A DNA stretch of 58,821 bases from IMG/VR virus record IMGVR_UViG_3300037875_000261, one strand, 5' to 3'. This DNA comes from a virus. The position numbers were made by a program, and so were the translations under genes. Shown here piece by piece: positions 1 to 6,204 of this stretch. Every line of letters starts with the position of its first letter. The stretch's first letter is position 1. The notes beneath the pieces are model-generated. The model was not told where the DNA came from. It saw only the letters and a program-made list of their open reading frames with translations, and made no database searches.

Positions 1-1
1 T

Positions 2-33
2 CATGTCGTTGCCTTTCGTGGTGGTGGTGGTGG
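2..33 (-). repeat. CA-rich start-associated leader, copy at the window edge. It belongs to gene 58507..58788 if the contig is circular.
   Basis: Minus strand reads CCACCACCACCACCACGAAAGGCAACGACATG. It is identical to 58786-58821. Confidence 0.8.
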
Positions 34-35
34 AC

Positions 36-67
36 GGGCGACGCGCGCTGTCTGTCACGCGTCGCCC
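36..67 (-). terminator. GC-rich hairpin downstream of gene 94..471
   Basis: Perfect 10-bp stem gggcgacgcg (36-45) / cgcgtcgccc (58-67) with a 12-nt loop. It is followed on the minus strand by the CA-rich leader rather than a U-tract. Confidence 0.4.
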
Positions 68-93
68 CGCGCAGTCGCTCTTGACTCCGCCGT

Positions 94-471
94 TCAGATC
101 GCGGCCTTCTCGCACCGCCAGCAGTCGCACCCGTCAACGTGCTCGACCGCGTGATCGACTCGGGTGACGTTCCTGCCGTTGACCTCGAAGCGCGGGTCGG
201 CGGCGATCGCCGCCATCATGTCGTGCTCCCAACTCGCCGCGCCGTGCGGCGCGTTGCACCACATCACGACGGCGGTCGGCTTGCGCCTCGTTCCGTTGCC
301 GCTCTCGGCAACCTGATACCCAGGCTCGCGATAGTGGAAGGAATGATATCCCCCCGACTTCTGGAAGCCCGCCTTGCGCAGCAGCGTCGATACCTGCCTC
401 GCGATCGCGATACCCTTCGCCTGCGTGCGATCGAACCTCGCGCGCTTCTGCCTGATCGTTTCCTTGCTCAT
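94..471 (-). CDS. hypothetical early protein (125 aa)
   Basis: ORF-track frame 94..642 trimmed to the internal ATG at 471 (MSKETIRQ...), which sits directly after a perfect leader copy. The C-terminus has CDCWRC. No family recognised. Confidence 0.6.
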   Translation of the reverse strand: MSKETIRQKRARFDRTQAKGIAIARQVSTLLRKAGFQKSGGYHSFHYREPGYQVAESGNGTRRKPTAVVMWCNAPHGAASWEHDMMAAIAADPRFEVNGRNVTRVDHAVEHVDGCDCWRCEKAAI

Positions 472-497
472 GTCGTTGCCTTTCGTGGTGGTGGTGG
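469..497 (-). repeat. CA-rich start-associated leader copy
   Basis: CCACCACCACCACGAAAGGCAACGACATG fills the entire 26-nt gap between the stop at 498 and the ATG at 471. Confidence 0.85.
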
Positions 498-1307
498 TTA
501 CGCCGCAGCCCTGTAGTGCGGTCGCTTGAAGAAGGCGAAGTGCGCCTTGTCGTCCGAACGCGTGAGCGTCGCCCTGAGCGTCAGAGTCATGCCCTTGAGT
601 TGCGGCTCGCGGTCGCCGCCGTACTCGTCCTCGCGGATCCACTCGACCGAATCGAGCAGGCTGCTCGGCGCGTTGCCGTTGGCGAGCCAGACGCCGTACT
701 CAGTCTCGACCTTGACCGTGACGCGCCAGTTCGTGCCGTAGTCGCTGAACGTCTCCTTCGCCGACACGATCGTGCCGGTGAACTCGACGCGACCCTCGGG
801 CGCGTCGGTCGTCGCCTCGGGGTGCGCGATGTCGTTCGCGATCTTCATCGCGAGCGCGATCTGCGCCTCGCTGATCGAGCCGTACAGCGCGACCTTGTCG
901 GCGAGGTCGCGGCTGATGCGGTGATCGGCCTTGAGCGCCTTGGCGAGCTTCGGTCGGCAGGCGAGGAACGAAAGACCGGCAGCGGCTTTCGCGTCGGCGA
1001 TCGCCTTGCGCTCGGCGACCTTCTTCGCTCGCGCCGTGTCGCCGCGCTTCAACTTCTGGGCGTACGCCTTCGGGCTGTACGTCGTCTTCGAGTTGCGGGT
1101 ATCAGCGCCGTGACACTTGAAGCAGATCCCGCCATCGACGTACCAGGGACCGTAGCCCGAGCCGCCGCAGCGGTAGCACGGCGTCGGCACGACGATCTCG
1201 CCGGTGCCGGTCAGGTACGCGGCGAGCGCGTCGGGGTGCATCTCTTCGAGATACGCGAGCCCCTGCTCGTCGGTGCGGATCGGCTTGCGTTTCGTGGTGG
1301 TGGTCAT
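498..1307 (-). CDS. hypothetical protein with zinc-ribbon-like CxxC..CxxC (269 aa)
   Basis: Frame 498..1445 trimmed to the ATG at 1307 (MTTTTKRKP...) after a perfect leader. Motif CYRCGGSG...CFKCHG. Confidence 0.6.
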   Translation of the reverse strand: MTTTTKRKPIRTDEQGLAYLEEMHPDALAAYLTGTGEIVVPTPCYRCGGSGYGPWYVDGGICFKCHGADTRNSKTTYSPKAYAQKLKRGDTARAKKVAERKAIADAKAAAGLSFLACRPKLAKALKADHRISRDLADKVALYGSISEAQIALAMKIANDIAHPEATTDAPEGRVEFTGTIVSAKETFSDYGTNWRVTVKVETEYGVWLANGNAPSSLLDSVEWIREDEYGGDREPQLKGMTLTLRATLTRSDDKAHFAFFKRPHYRAAA

Positions 1308-1335
1308 GTCGTTGCCTTTCGTGGTGGTGGTGGTG
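1305..1335 (-). repeat. CA-rich start-associated leader copy
   Basis: CACCACCACCACCACGAAAGGCAACGACATG. The coding start ATGACCACCACCACGAAACGCAAG repeats most of the motif again. Confidence 0.85.
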
Positions 1336-1345
1336 AGAGTGTCGA

Positions 1346-1723
1346 CTACCTGATCAGGTACTCGACCCCGCCGAAGTCGACGGCTGTGTAGTCCATCGCA
1401 AGCTCGCCAGCGGCCTGCTCCCAGTCGATGCAGTTCATCGGCCACGTCGCGGTCGAGTCGAACATGCCGCAGTCCTCCGCAATCTCGCGGGCGTAGTCCT
1501 CGAAGTACGAGAACCGGATCAGCGCCTCGCCGTACTCCCAGTCGTCGGCGTAGCCCGAGGCGTCAGCCTCAAGCCCGTCGAGCGCGACGAGTTCGGCGTC
1601 GTCTTCGTAGTCGCGATCCTCGCCGAGTTCGTTCAGGAACTCGATGCGCTCGATGACGTCGCGCGAGTCGATCACGTCGAGGCGGTTGTGGATCTGTTTC
1701 GGGGCCGTGTAGAGGTTCGTCAT
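1346..1723 (-). CDS. acidic protein, ArdA-like anti-restriction candidate (125 aa)
   Basis: Very Asp/Glu-rich. The C-terminal pattern YFEDYAREIAEDCGM...IDWEQAAGELAMDYTAVDFGGVEYLIR resembles the ArdA family C-terminus from memory. ATG follows the leader. Confidence 0.45.
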   Translation of the reverse strand: MTNLYTAPKQIHNRLDVIDSRDVIERIEFLNELGEDRDYEDDAELVALDGLEADASGYADDWEYGEALIRFSYFEDYAREIAEDCGMFDSTATWPMNCIDWEQAAGELAMDYTAVDFGGVEYLIR

Positions 1724-1751
1724 ATCGTTGCCTTTCGTGGTGGTGGTGGTG
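1721..1751 (-). repeat. CA-rich start-associated leader copy
   Basis: CACCACCACCACCACGAAAGGCAACGATATG. Confidence 0.85.
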
Positions 1752-1762
1752 TCGGTCGCGGA

Positions 1763-2266
1763 TCAGTCGACGGCGAGCGGCCAGAAGCCGAAGTCAGCGC
1801 CGTCGCCTTCGTGCGACCCGAAGTAGTGACCGGCGGGCGCGAACTCTTCGAGCAGGTCGAACAGCTCTTCGAGGTCGTAGGCCGACGCGTCCGTGGTGTT
1901 GTAGTCGTCGCCGTGCGTCGCGACGCGACGCTCGATCTCGCCGAGCCAGATGTCCTCCCTGCCGTGCTTGAGCGGGTTAGCGTCGGGGCCGAGGCTTCGA
2001 CGCTCGCGCAGCACGTCAAGCTCGGACAGGAATGTCGGCACCAGATCGTTCACGTTCATCGTGCCCGTCGAGATGCTACCGGCCTCGGCGACAGTCCGCA
2101 GACGATCGCGCTCGAACTCGATCTGATCCTTCGCGAACCGGACCGACCCCGGCGAGAAGATGTGCGCGAGCAGTCCGCCGCGACCGGCGTGCTTGCGTGC
2201 GTCTTCGATGTACTCCTCGCATACGCGGATCGTGTCGAGGATCTCGTTGCGTTCTTCGTTCGTCAT
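1763..2266 (-). CDS. hypothetical acidic early protein (167 aa)
   Basis: Complete ORF with ATG after a perfect leader. No family recognised. Confidence 0.6.
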   Translation of the reverse strand: MTNEERNEILDTIRVCEEYIEDARKHAGRGGLLAHIFSPGSVRFAKDQIEFERDRLRTVAEAGSISTGTMNVNDLVPTFLSELDVLRERRSLGPDANPLKHGREDIWLGEIERRVATHGDDYNTTDASAYDLEELFDLLEEFAPAGHYFGSHEGDGADFGFWPLAVD

Positions 2267-2294
2267 ATCGTTGCCTTTCGTGGTGGTGGTGGTG
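2264..2294 (-). repeat. CA-rich start-associated leader copy
   Basis: CACCACCACCACCACGAAAGGCAACGATATG. The gap to the upstream stop at 2300 is 33 nt. Confidence 0.85.
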
Positions 2295-2299
2295 TCGGT

Positions 2300-2524
2300 C
2301 TACGCGTCGGGGTGGTCGACGTAGATGTCGGATCCCGCGTCGTAGTACCGGCCCTCGATCGGGTCGTAGTACAGCACGCGGCTGTCGGCAAACTGGAACG
2401 GACCCTCAAGCCCGGCCCGCCTCGGATGATCCGTCGTGTCGATGGGGCGCACGCTCGTACCCTGCGCCCGAAGCGCACGTTCGAGGAGCGCGGCGTGCTC
2501 GGTTCTGTTCGTGGAGCTGGTCAT
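2300..2524 (-). CDS. hypothetical small protein (74 aa)
   Basis: Frame 2300..2701 trimmed to the ATG at 2524 (MTSSTNRT...). Degenerate leader CCACCACTCCAAACCAAAGGACCACGACATG. Confidence 0.5.
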   Translation of the reverse strand: MTSSTNRTEHAALLERALRAQGTSVRPIDTTDHPRRAGLEGPFQFADSRVLYYDPIEGRYYDAGSDIYVDHPDA

Positions 2525-2564
2525 GTCGTGGTCCTTTGGTTTGGAGTGGTGGTTGGTGAGGGCG

Positions 2565-2747
2565 TTAGCGGGGTGCCGCGTCTGCGGCGGACTGCTTCGC
2601 AGCTTCGAGCTTCTCAACGAGCTTGTGTGCGCGGAGGGTCTTCGGGTTCCAGTGAGCGCGGTTGCCCATCGGGGGGGCGGACGGGCAGGCGGCTTTCGCA
2701 AGTGAGATGAGCTTGGCGAGGTCGCGCTGGGTGATCGTGATGTTCAT
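2565..2747 (-). CDS. hypothetical small protein (60 aa)
   Basis: Frame 2565..3002 trimmed to the ATG at 2747 (MNITITQRD...). Degenerate leader CACCACTTCAAACCAAAGGACACCAGCCATG. Confidence 0.45.
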   Translation of the reverse strand: MNITITQRDLAKLISLAKAACPSAPPMGNRAHWNPKTLRAHKLVEKLEAAKQSAADAAPR

Positions 2748-2778
2748 GGCTGGTGTCCTTTGGTTTGAAGTGGTGATG

Positions 2779-3048
2779 TCAGCGACCGAGGTGACCTCGG
2801 CGAGAGTCGGCGGAACGCTGGCTCGCGGTGAAGCTGCGCTTCTTGCCGTTGAGCCAGTAGAACTTGTATCCGCCCGGTGCGTCACTCGGGGCGAGAGGGT
2901 GGAGACGGCTGCGGACAGTGAGCCAGCAGGCGCTGTAGACCTGAGTGACGGTAACGTAGCCGCCGGGGTTCGCGAGGCTCGCGGCCCTGGCGCGGTAGTC
3001 AACGTCCTCCCAGGAGGAGCAGTCGAGCGAGATGTCGATCTGGTGCAT
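2779..3048 (-). CDS. hypothetical small protein (89 aa)
   Basis: Frame 2779..3279 trimmed to the ATG at 3048 (MHQIDISLD...). Leader ACACCACCACCACGAAAGCAGAAAGATCATG. Confidence 0.45.
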   Translation of the reverse strand: MHQIDISLDCSSWEDVDYRARAASLANPGGYVTVTQVYSACWLTVRSRLHPLAPSDAPGGYKFYWLNGKKRSFTASQRSADSRRGHLGR

Positions 3049-3083
3049 GATCTTTCTGCTTTCGTGGTGGTGGTGTTGTCGGT

Positions 3084-3305
3084 CTACGCGTTGCGGCCAG
3101 CCTCGAAGGCTGCCGCAAGCGCGTCGCGCAGACCCGAGACGCCGACGTCGTGGAAGTCGAGCGAGTCGCTGTTGCGGGTTTCGAGCGTCTCGATGAAGAG
3201 GTGCTCGGCGGCGATCTCCGCGAGGAGCGCGTCGGCGGGGGCGGTCGGGCGTCCCGGCAGCAGATGGGTCGCGGCCCATGTCGTGGTGGTGGTGTTGTTC
3301 GTCAT
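3084..3305 (-). CDS. hypothetical small protein (73 aa)
   Basis: Frame 3084..3458 trimmed to the ATG at 3305 (MTNNTTTTTW...) after a perfect leader. Confidence 0.55.
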   Translation of the reverse strand: MTNNTTTTTWAATHLLPGRPTAPADALLAEIAAEHLFIETLETRNSDSLDFHDVGVSGLRDALAAAFEAGRNA

Positions 3306-3333
3306 GTCGTTGCCTTTCGTGGTGGTGGTGGTG
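3303..3333 (-). repeat. CA-rich start-associated leader copy
   Basis: CACCACCACCACCACGAAAGGCAACGACATG, directly downstream (minus sense) of box copy A. Confidence 0.85.
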
Positions 3334-3362
3334 AAGAGGTCACGCGCTACCGTCGCTCTTCC
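3333..3362 (-). repeat. 30-nt intergenic box, copy A
   Basis: Plus strand reads gaagaggtcacgcgctaccgtcgctcttcc. Identical to 3448-3477 and 29/30 with 4378-4407. Confidence 0.85.
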
Positions 3363-3364
3363 AC

Positions 3365-3389
3365 GCCGCCCCGGAGCTACGGGGGCGAC
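3365..3389 (-). promoter_or_regulatory. covarying stem-loop, copy A
   Basis: Minus strand GUCGCCCC-CGUAGCUCC-GGGGCGGC. The one non-Watson-Crick position is a G.U pair only when read on the minus strand. Confidence 0.45.
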
Positions 3390-3447
3390 CTGTCCGGTCG
3401 GCCAGTCGGCCAGTCGGATCCGTGGTGGTGGTGGTGATGGTGATGGC

Positions 3448-3477
3448 GAAGAGGTCACGCGCTACCGTCGCTCTTCC
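3448..3477 (-). repeat. 30-nt intergenic box, copy B
   Basis: Identical to 3333-3362. It lies about 115 nt away, so copies A and B form a tandem unit. Confidence 0.85.
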
Positions 3478-3479
3478 GC

Positions 3480-3506
3480 GCCGCCCTCTTAGCCATGGTG
3501 GGCGAC
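3480..3506 (-). promoter_or_regulatory. covarying stem-loop, copy B
   Basis: Minus strand GUCGCCC-ACCAUGGCUAAGA-GGGCGGC. Same position relative to the box as copy A. Confidence 0.45.
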
Positions 3507-3510
3507 CTGT

Positions 3511-3534
3511 CCGGTCGGCTGTCCCGGCACTGCC
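3511..3534 (-). repeat. 24-nt intergenic repeat
   Basis: ccggtcggctgtcccggcactgcc is identical to 4267-4290. Confidence 0.8.
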
Positions 3535-3538
3535 TCAG

Positions 3539-3570
3539 CCCCGGTCGCACTCGCTGTCGAGTGGCCGGGG
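3539..3570 (-). terminator. hairpin just downstream of the kinase-like gene
   Basis: ccccgg-tc-gcactcg-ctgt-cgagtgg-ccgggg. There is no clear U-tract. Confidence 0.4.
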
Positions 3571-3583
3571 TGGGCAGTCCTTT

Positions 3584-4063
3584 CTAGTAGTTCTCGACGA
3601 CGGTCACCGTGTCGGCGTGGGGCGCGATGATCTCGAAGGACGTCGAGATGTCGCGGCCCTTCGAGCGCACGATGTGCTCGGGCACGACTCGTTCGCGGTT
3701 GGCGTTTCGCTCAAGCGCGACCCGCATCGGGACCTTGACGTAGAGAAGCTCGATCTCGTAGCCGAAGCTCTTCGCATCGTTCATGCGTCGAAGCATCTTC
3801 TCCGAGTTCGTCCCCGTGCCGTCGACCAGCATGTCGGTGCCGCTCGCCATCGTCTCGGCAAGCAGCGCCTCGGCCTTGTCGTTGCTCCAGGCATGGAGCA
3901 CGCCGGGATCCTTCGGATCGTAGTCGGGGTGCGCCTCTTTGAAGAGGTCGGGGTCGATGACGGTCATGCGTCCGATCGGGTAGCGGTCGTTCGCGACCGT
4001 GCTCTTGCCCGAACCGGGCAGGCCCATCGTGAAGATCGCGAGCGGGGTGGTGGTCGTGTTCAT
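3584..4063 (-). CDS. P-loop kinase, zeta-toxin / AAA_33-like (159 aa)
   Basis: Walker A MGLPGSGKST, then IDPD and LVDGTG. Its size and layout are typical of zeta-toxin-like nucleotide/sugar kinases. Leader CCACCACCACCACCACCAAGGAGAACGACATG. Confidence 0.65.
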   Translation of the reverse strand: MNTTTTPLAIFTMGLPGSGKSTVANDRYPIGRMTVIDPDLFKEAHPDYDPKDPGVLHAWSNDKAEALLAETMASGTDMLVDGTGTNSEKMLRRMNDAKSFGYEIELLYVKVPMRVALERNANRERVVPEHIVRSKGRDISTSFEIIAPHADTVTVVENY

Positions 4064-4093
4064 GTCGTTCTCCTTGGTGGTGGTGGTGGTGGT

Positions 4094-4231
4094 CTAGCTG
4101 CGAGCCTCTTCGGCCATCGCGTCGAGTCGGTCCCTCGGGATGTCGGCCCATGTCGGGCGGCTGGCGAGGAACGCGGCGCGGATGTCTTCGACTTTGGTAG
4201 TCGTGTTGACGATGCGGATGGTGGTGGTCAT
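4094..4231 (-). CDS. hypothetical small protein (45 aa)
   Basis: Frame 4094..4303 trimmed to the ATG at 4231 (MTTTIRIV...). Leader CACCACCACCACCACGAAGGAGACAGCGATG. Confidence 0.4.
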   Translation of the reverse strand: MTTTIRIVNTTTKVEDIRAAFLASRPTWADIPRDRLDAMAEEARS

Positions 4232-4266
4232 CGCTGTCTCCTTCGTGGTGGTGGTGGTGTTGTTCG

Positions 4267-4290
4267 CCGGTCGGCTGTCCCGGCACTGCC
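4267..4290 (-). repeat. 24-nt intergenic repeat, second copy
   Basis: Identical to 3511-3534. Confidence 0.8.
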
Positions 4291-4305
4291 GAGGCCCCGT
4301 CACCT

Positions 4306-4331
4306 GTCACCCCTTAGCTATGGGGGGTGAC
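4306..4331 (-). promoter_or_regulatory. covarying stem-loop, copy C
   Basis: Minus strand GUCACCCC-CCAUAGCUAA-GGGGUGAC. The stem sequence differs from A and B but pairing is kept. The loop keeps the UAGCU core. Confidence 0.45.
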
Positions 4332-4377
4332 CTGCGCGGGGCTGGGTTCACGGTGTCGCTCGGGCCGTGCCCGAGAT

Positions 4378-4407
4378 GAAGAGGTGACGCGCTACCGTCG
4401 CTCTTCC
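4378..4407 (-). repeat. 30-nt intergenic box, copy C
   Basis: gaagaggtGacgcgctaccgtcgctcttcc, one mismatch to copies A and B. Confidence 0.8.
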
Positions 4408-4583
4408 CGTCGCCGCGTTTTCGTGCGCGGCTGCCCTCGGCTGTTGCTCTCCGGTGGGCGTTTCAGATTGTCAAAGATCTCGGGGGGCCGTCGCGGCCAG
4501 CCTCGCCGGGCGCATCACTGCGAGCCGGACTGGCGACAATACGGGAGGGGTGCGCCCGCATTCAAGGTTTCCGGGGATTGTTT

Positions 4584-4620
4584 CCCCGTATACCCCCCAC
4601 GGCCCTATACGGGGGCTTTT
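4584..4620 (+). terminator. hairpin plus T4 tract with no obvious plus-strand gene upstream
   Basis: 9-bp stem ccccgtata (4584-4592) / tatacgggg (4606-4614), then gcttttcc. Confidence 0.3.
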
Positions 4621-4662
4621 CCGCCCGTGGAGGCCCACGCGGGCGACCTCGCCCACATCGGC

Positions 4663-4705
4663 CCCCGGCCCCCGATCGCGCGAGGGACGCGGTCGGGGGC
4701 CGGGG
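4663..4705 (-). terminator. 13-bp perfect inverted repeat downstream of the last late gene
   Basis: ccccggcccccga (4663-4675) / tcgggggccgggg (4693-4705) with a 17-nt loop. It lies about 120 nt after the stop at 4827. Confidence 0.4.
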
Positions 4706-4722
4706 TCGGGGTCGGGGTCGGG
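4695..4722 (+). other. G-run array ((GGGGTC)n), a G-quadruplex-type motif
   Basis: Plus-strand G-runs GGGGG, GGGG, GGGG, GGGG and GGG separated by 1-2 nt. Confidence 0.5.
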
Positions 4723-4826
4723 CCGACAGGGAGTGAGGCGCGCGTCCCACCCGCAAGGTCGCGGTCATCCCTTGGGCAAGAGAGGCTGACCGCTACCAAA
4801 AACGAGACGCGCGCCCCGTGATCCCC

Positions 4827-5117
4827 TCACCCTCCTCGGGACATGAACGACCGCACCATGTCGAAGACAAGCGTCCCCGCGCCGACGACCATCGCCGCGA
4901 CCTGAATCTTGATCAGCCACGTCGCCTGCGACGCGAACCGCTCGACGTTGCGCACGCGCTCGAACAGTCCCGGCTCGCCGTTGCCCCTGATCATGTTCAT
5001 CACGTCCGACTCGTCGTCGGCGTGCCTGCGCATGTCATCTCGGAGATTCGCGTGCGCCTCTGACAGCGTGTCGATCTTCGCGTGTAGTCCCGTCACCGAT
5101 AGGTCTTTGTCGTTCAA
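4827..5117 (-). CDS. coiled-coil protein with a C-terminal TM segment (96 aa)
   Basis: Complete ORF. The C-terminal hydrophobic stretch is WLIKIQVAAMVVGAGTLVF. It is the last gene of the tail block. Confidence 0.55.
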   Translation of the reverse strand: MNDKDLSVTGLHAKIDTLSEAHANLRDDMRRHADDESDVMNMIRGNGEPGLFERVRNVERFASQATWLIKIQVAAMVVGAGTLVFDMVRSFMSRGG

Positions 5118-5135
5118 GGGCTCCGTCCGTTCCGT

Positions 5136-5792
5136 CTATCGGACTCGCTCGATCTGGGCGAACGATCCGGCAAGCAGCGTGCAAGAAGTTGTCGTCGTGC
5201 CGTCGCGCTGAGTCTGGAGGAAAATCGTATCGCCGCTGGTGACGGCGAATCGTTCGCTGATGGTCGATCCGCTCTCGACCTGCCCGTTCGCGTTCCTGTG
5301 GTACGACTGGTTCCAGACCCCGTAGCTCGCGACGCCTCCAACGGCGAGACGGTTCTTGATGCTGACGCGAGTTCCCGCCGACGTGGAGTAGACGTTCATC
5401 TCGACGCGCACCTCGCCCGTGAAGTTGCAGGTGACGAGCTGCGCGGTCTTCGTGGTCGTCTCAGTGAAGTCGACGTTCGGATCCCAGCCCGTCTTGTTCT
5501 GGTTGAAGATGTCGACCTGCGCGAACGAGGCGTTGTTGATCTCGTCGCCGACGCGCCCCTTCATCTTGATCCACGATCGCGTGCCGTCGTCGACGATCAG
5601 GTTCTCGTCCATGTCCAGATCGCCGGTCATCGCCGTCGATCCGTCGACGTCGAGGCGCGCGGCCAGACCAGTCGCGATCGAGTCGAGCAACTCTTGTAGG
5701 TCGTCGCCGGTCAGGCCGGACACGGCGGAGAGGATCGGGATCATGCGCGGGTCGGGCGCGGACGATCCGGGGTATCTGAGGTTCGATGACAT
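5136..5792 (-). CDS. tail fibre-like protein (218 aa)
   Basis: LDVDGSTAMTGDLDMDENLI resembles the common fibre repeat (GG..MtG.L.m..n.I). The C-terminus is beta-rich. The position follows the J-like gene. Confidence 0.55.
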   Translation of the reverse strand: MSSNLRYPGSSAPDPRMIPILSAVSGLTGDDLQELLDSIATGLAARLDVDGSTAMTGDLDMDENLIVDDGTRSWIKMKGRVGDEINNASFAQVDIFNQNKTGWDPNVDFTETTTKTAQLVTCNFTGEVRVEMNVYSTSAGTRVSIKNRLAVGGVASYGVWNQSYHRNANGQVESGSTISERFAVTSGDTIFLQTQRDGTTTTSCTLLAGSFAQIERVR

Positions 5793-5795
5793 GCG

Positions 5796-6203
5796 TCAGG
5801 CCGAGACGTCCTGCTCGAAGCGCGCAACCCAGCCGACGACCTTGATCTTGTCGGCCACGGGGGGCTCGACGCCGATGGTGTAGGTGGCACCCGTCACGTC
5901 GCGGCGAAAGCGTTCGCCCTGCAAGACCCAAGCGTAGCCCTCGGGCGGCACGACGACCTTGACGGTCCCGTTCGTCTCCGCCCCGCCGCTGCCACCGATC
6001 GGATTCAAGACGATGTCGACCGTTCGTCGAACGGTGTCGATGTTGAACAGCTTGAGCGACACGGCGTCGATGTACTCGCGCCCGGCGATCGCGTGGGCGG
6101 GCACCTGATGAACAGCCGTGATCGCGCCGGTCGTGCTCAAGCTGAGAGGGAAACCATCCGGCGAACCGGACAGGGACTCGGTGACGACTTCTTGCTCGGC
6201 CAT
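5796..6203 (-). CDS. hypothetical tail-associated protein (135 aa)
   Basis: Complete ORF packed between the J-like gene and the fibre gene. Confidence 0.5.
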   Translation of the reverse strand: MAEQEVVTESLSGSPDGFPLSLSTTGAITAVHQVPAHAIAGREYIDAVSLKLFNIDTVRRTVDIVLNPIGGSGGAETNGTVKVVVPPEGYAWVLQGERFRRDVTGATYTIGVEPPVADKIKVVGWVARFEQDVSA

Positions 6204-6204
6204 A

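Noticed and set aside
3333-3477. The 30-nt box (contains GGTAGCGCG, which looks like a D-loop) as tRNA gene fragments
   Set aside because: No acceptor stem, anticodon arm or T-arm (GTTCGAATC-type) can be built around any copy.
1-4303. The repeated 29-32-nt leader as a CRISPR array
   Set aside because: The intervals between copies are 378-840 nt and contain intact ORFs. Each copy ends in an ATG start codon. The repeat has no CRISPR-like palindromic structure, and no cas genes are present.
4469-4474. A perfect TTGACA -35 hexamer on the minus strand in the non-coding hub
   Set aside because: No acceptable -10 hexamer lies 16-18 nt downstream (GAGAGC). It is kept only as a remark inside the hub finding.
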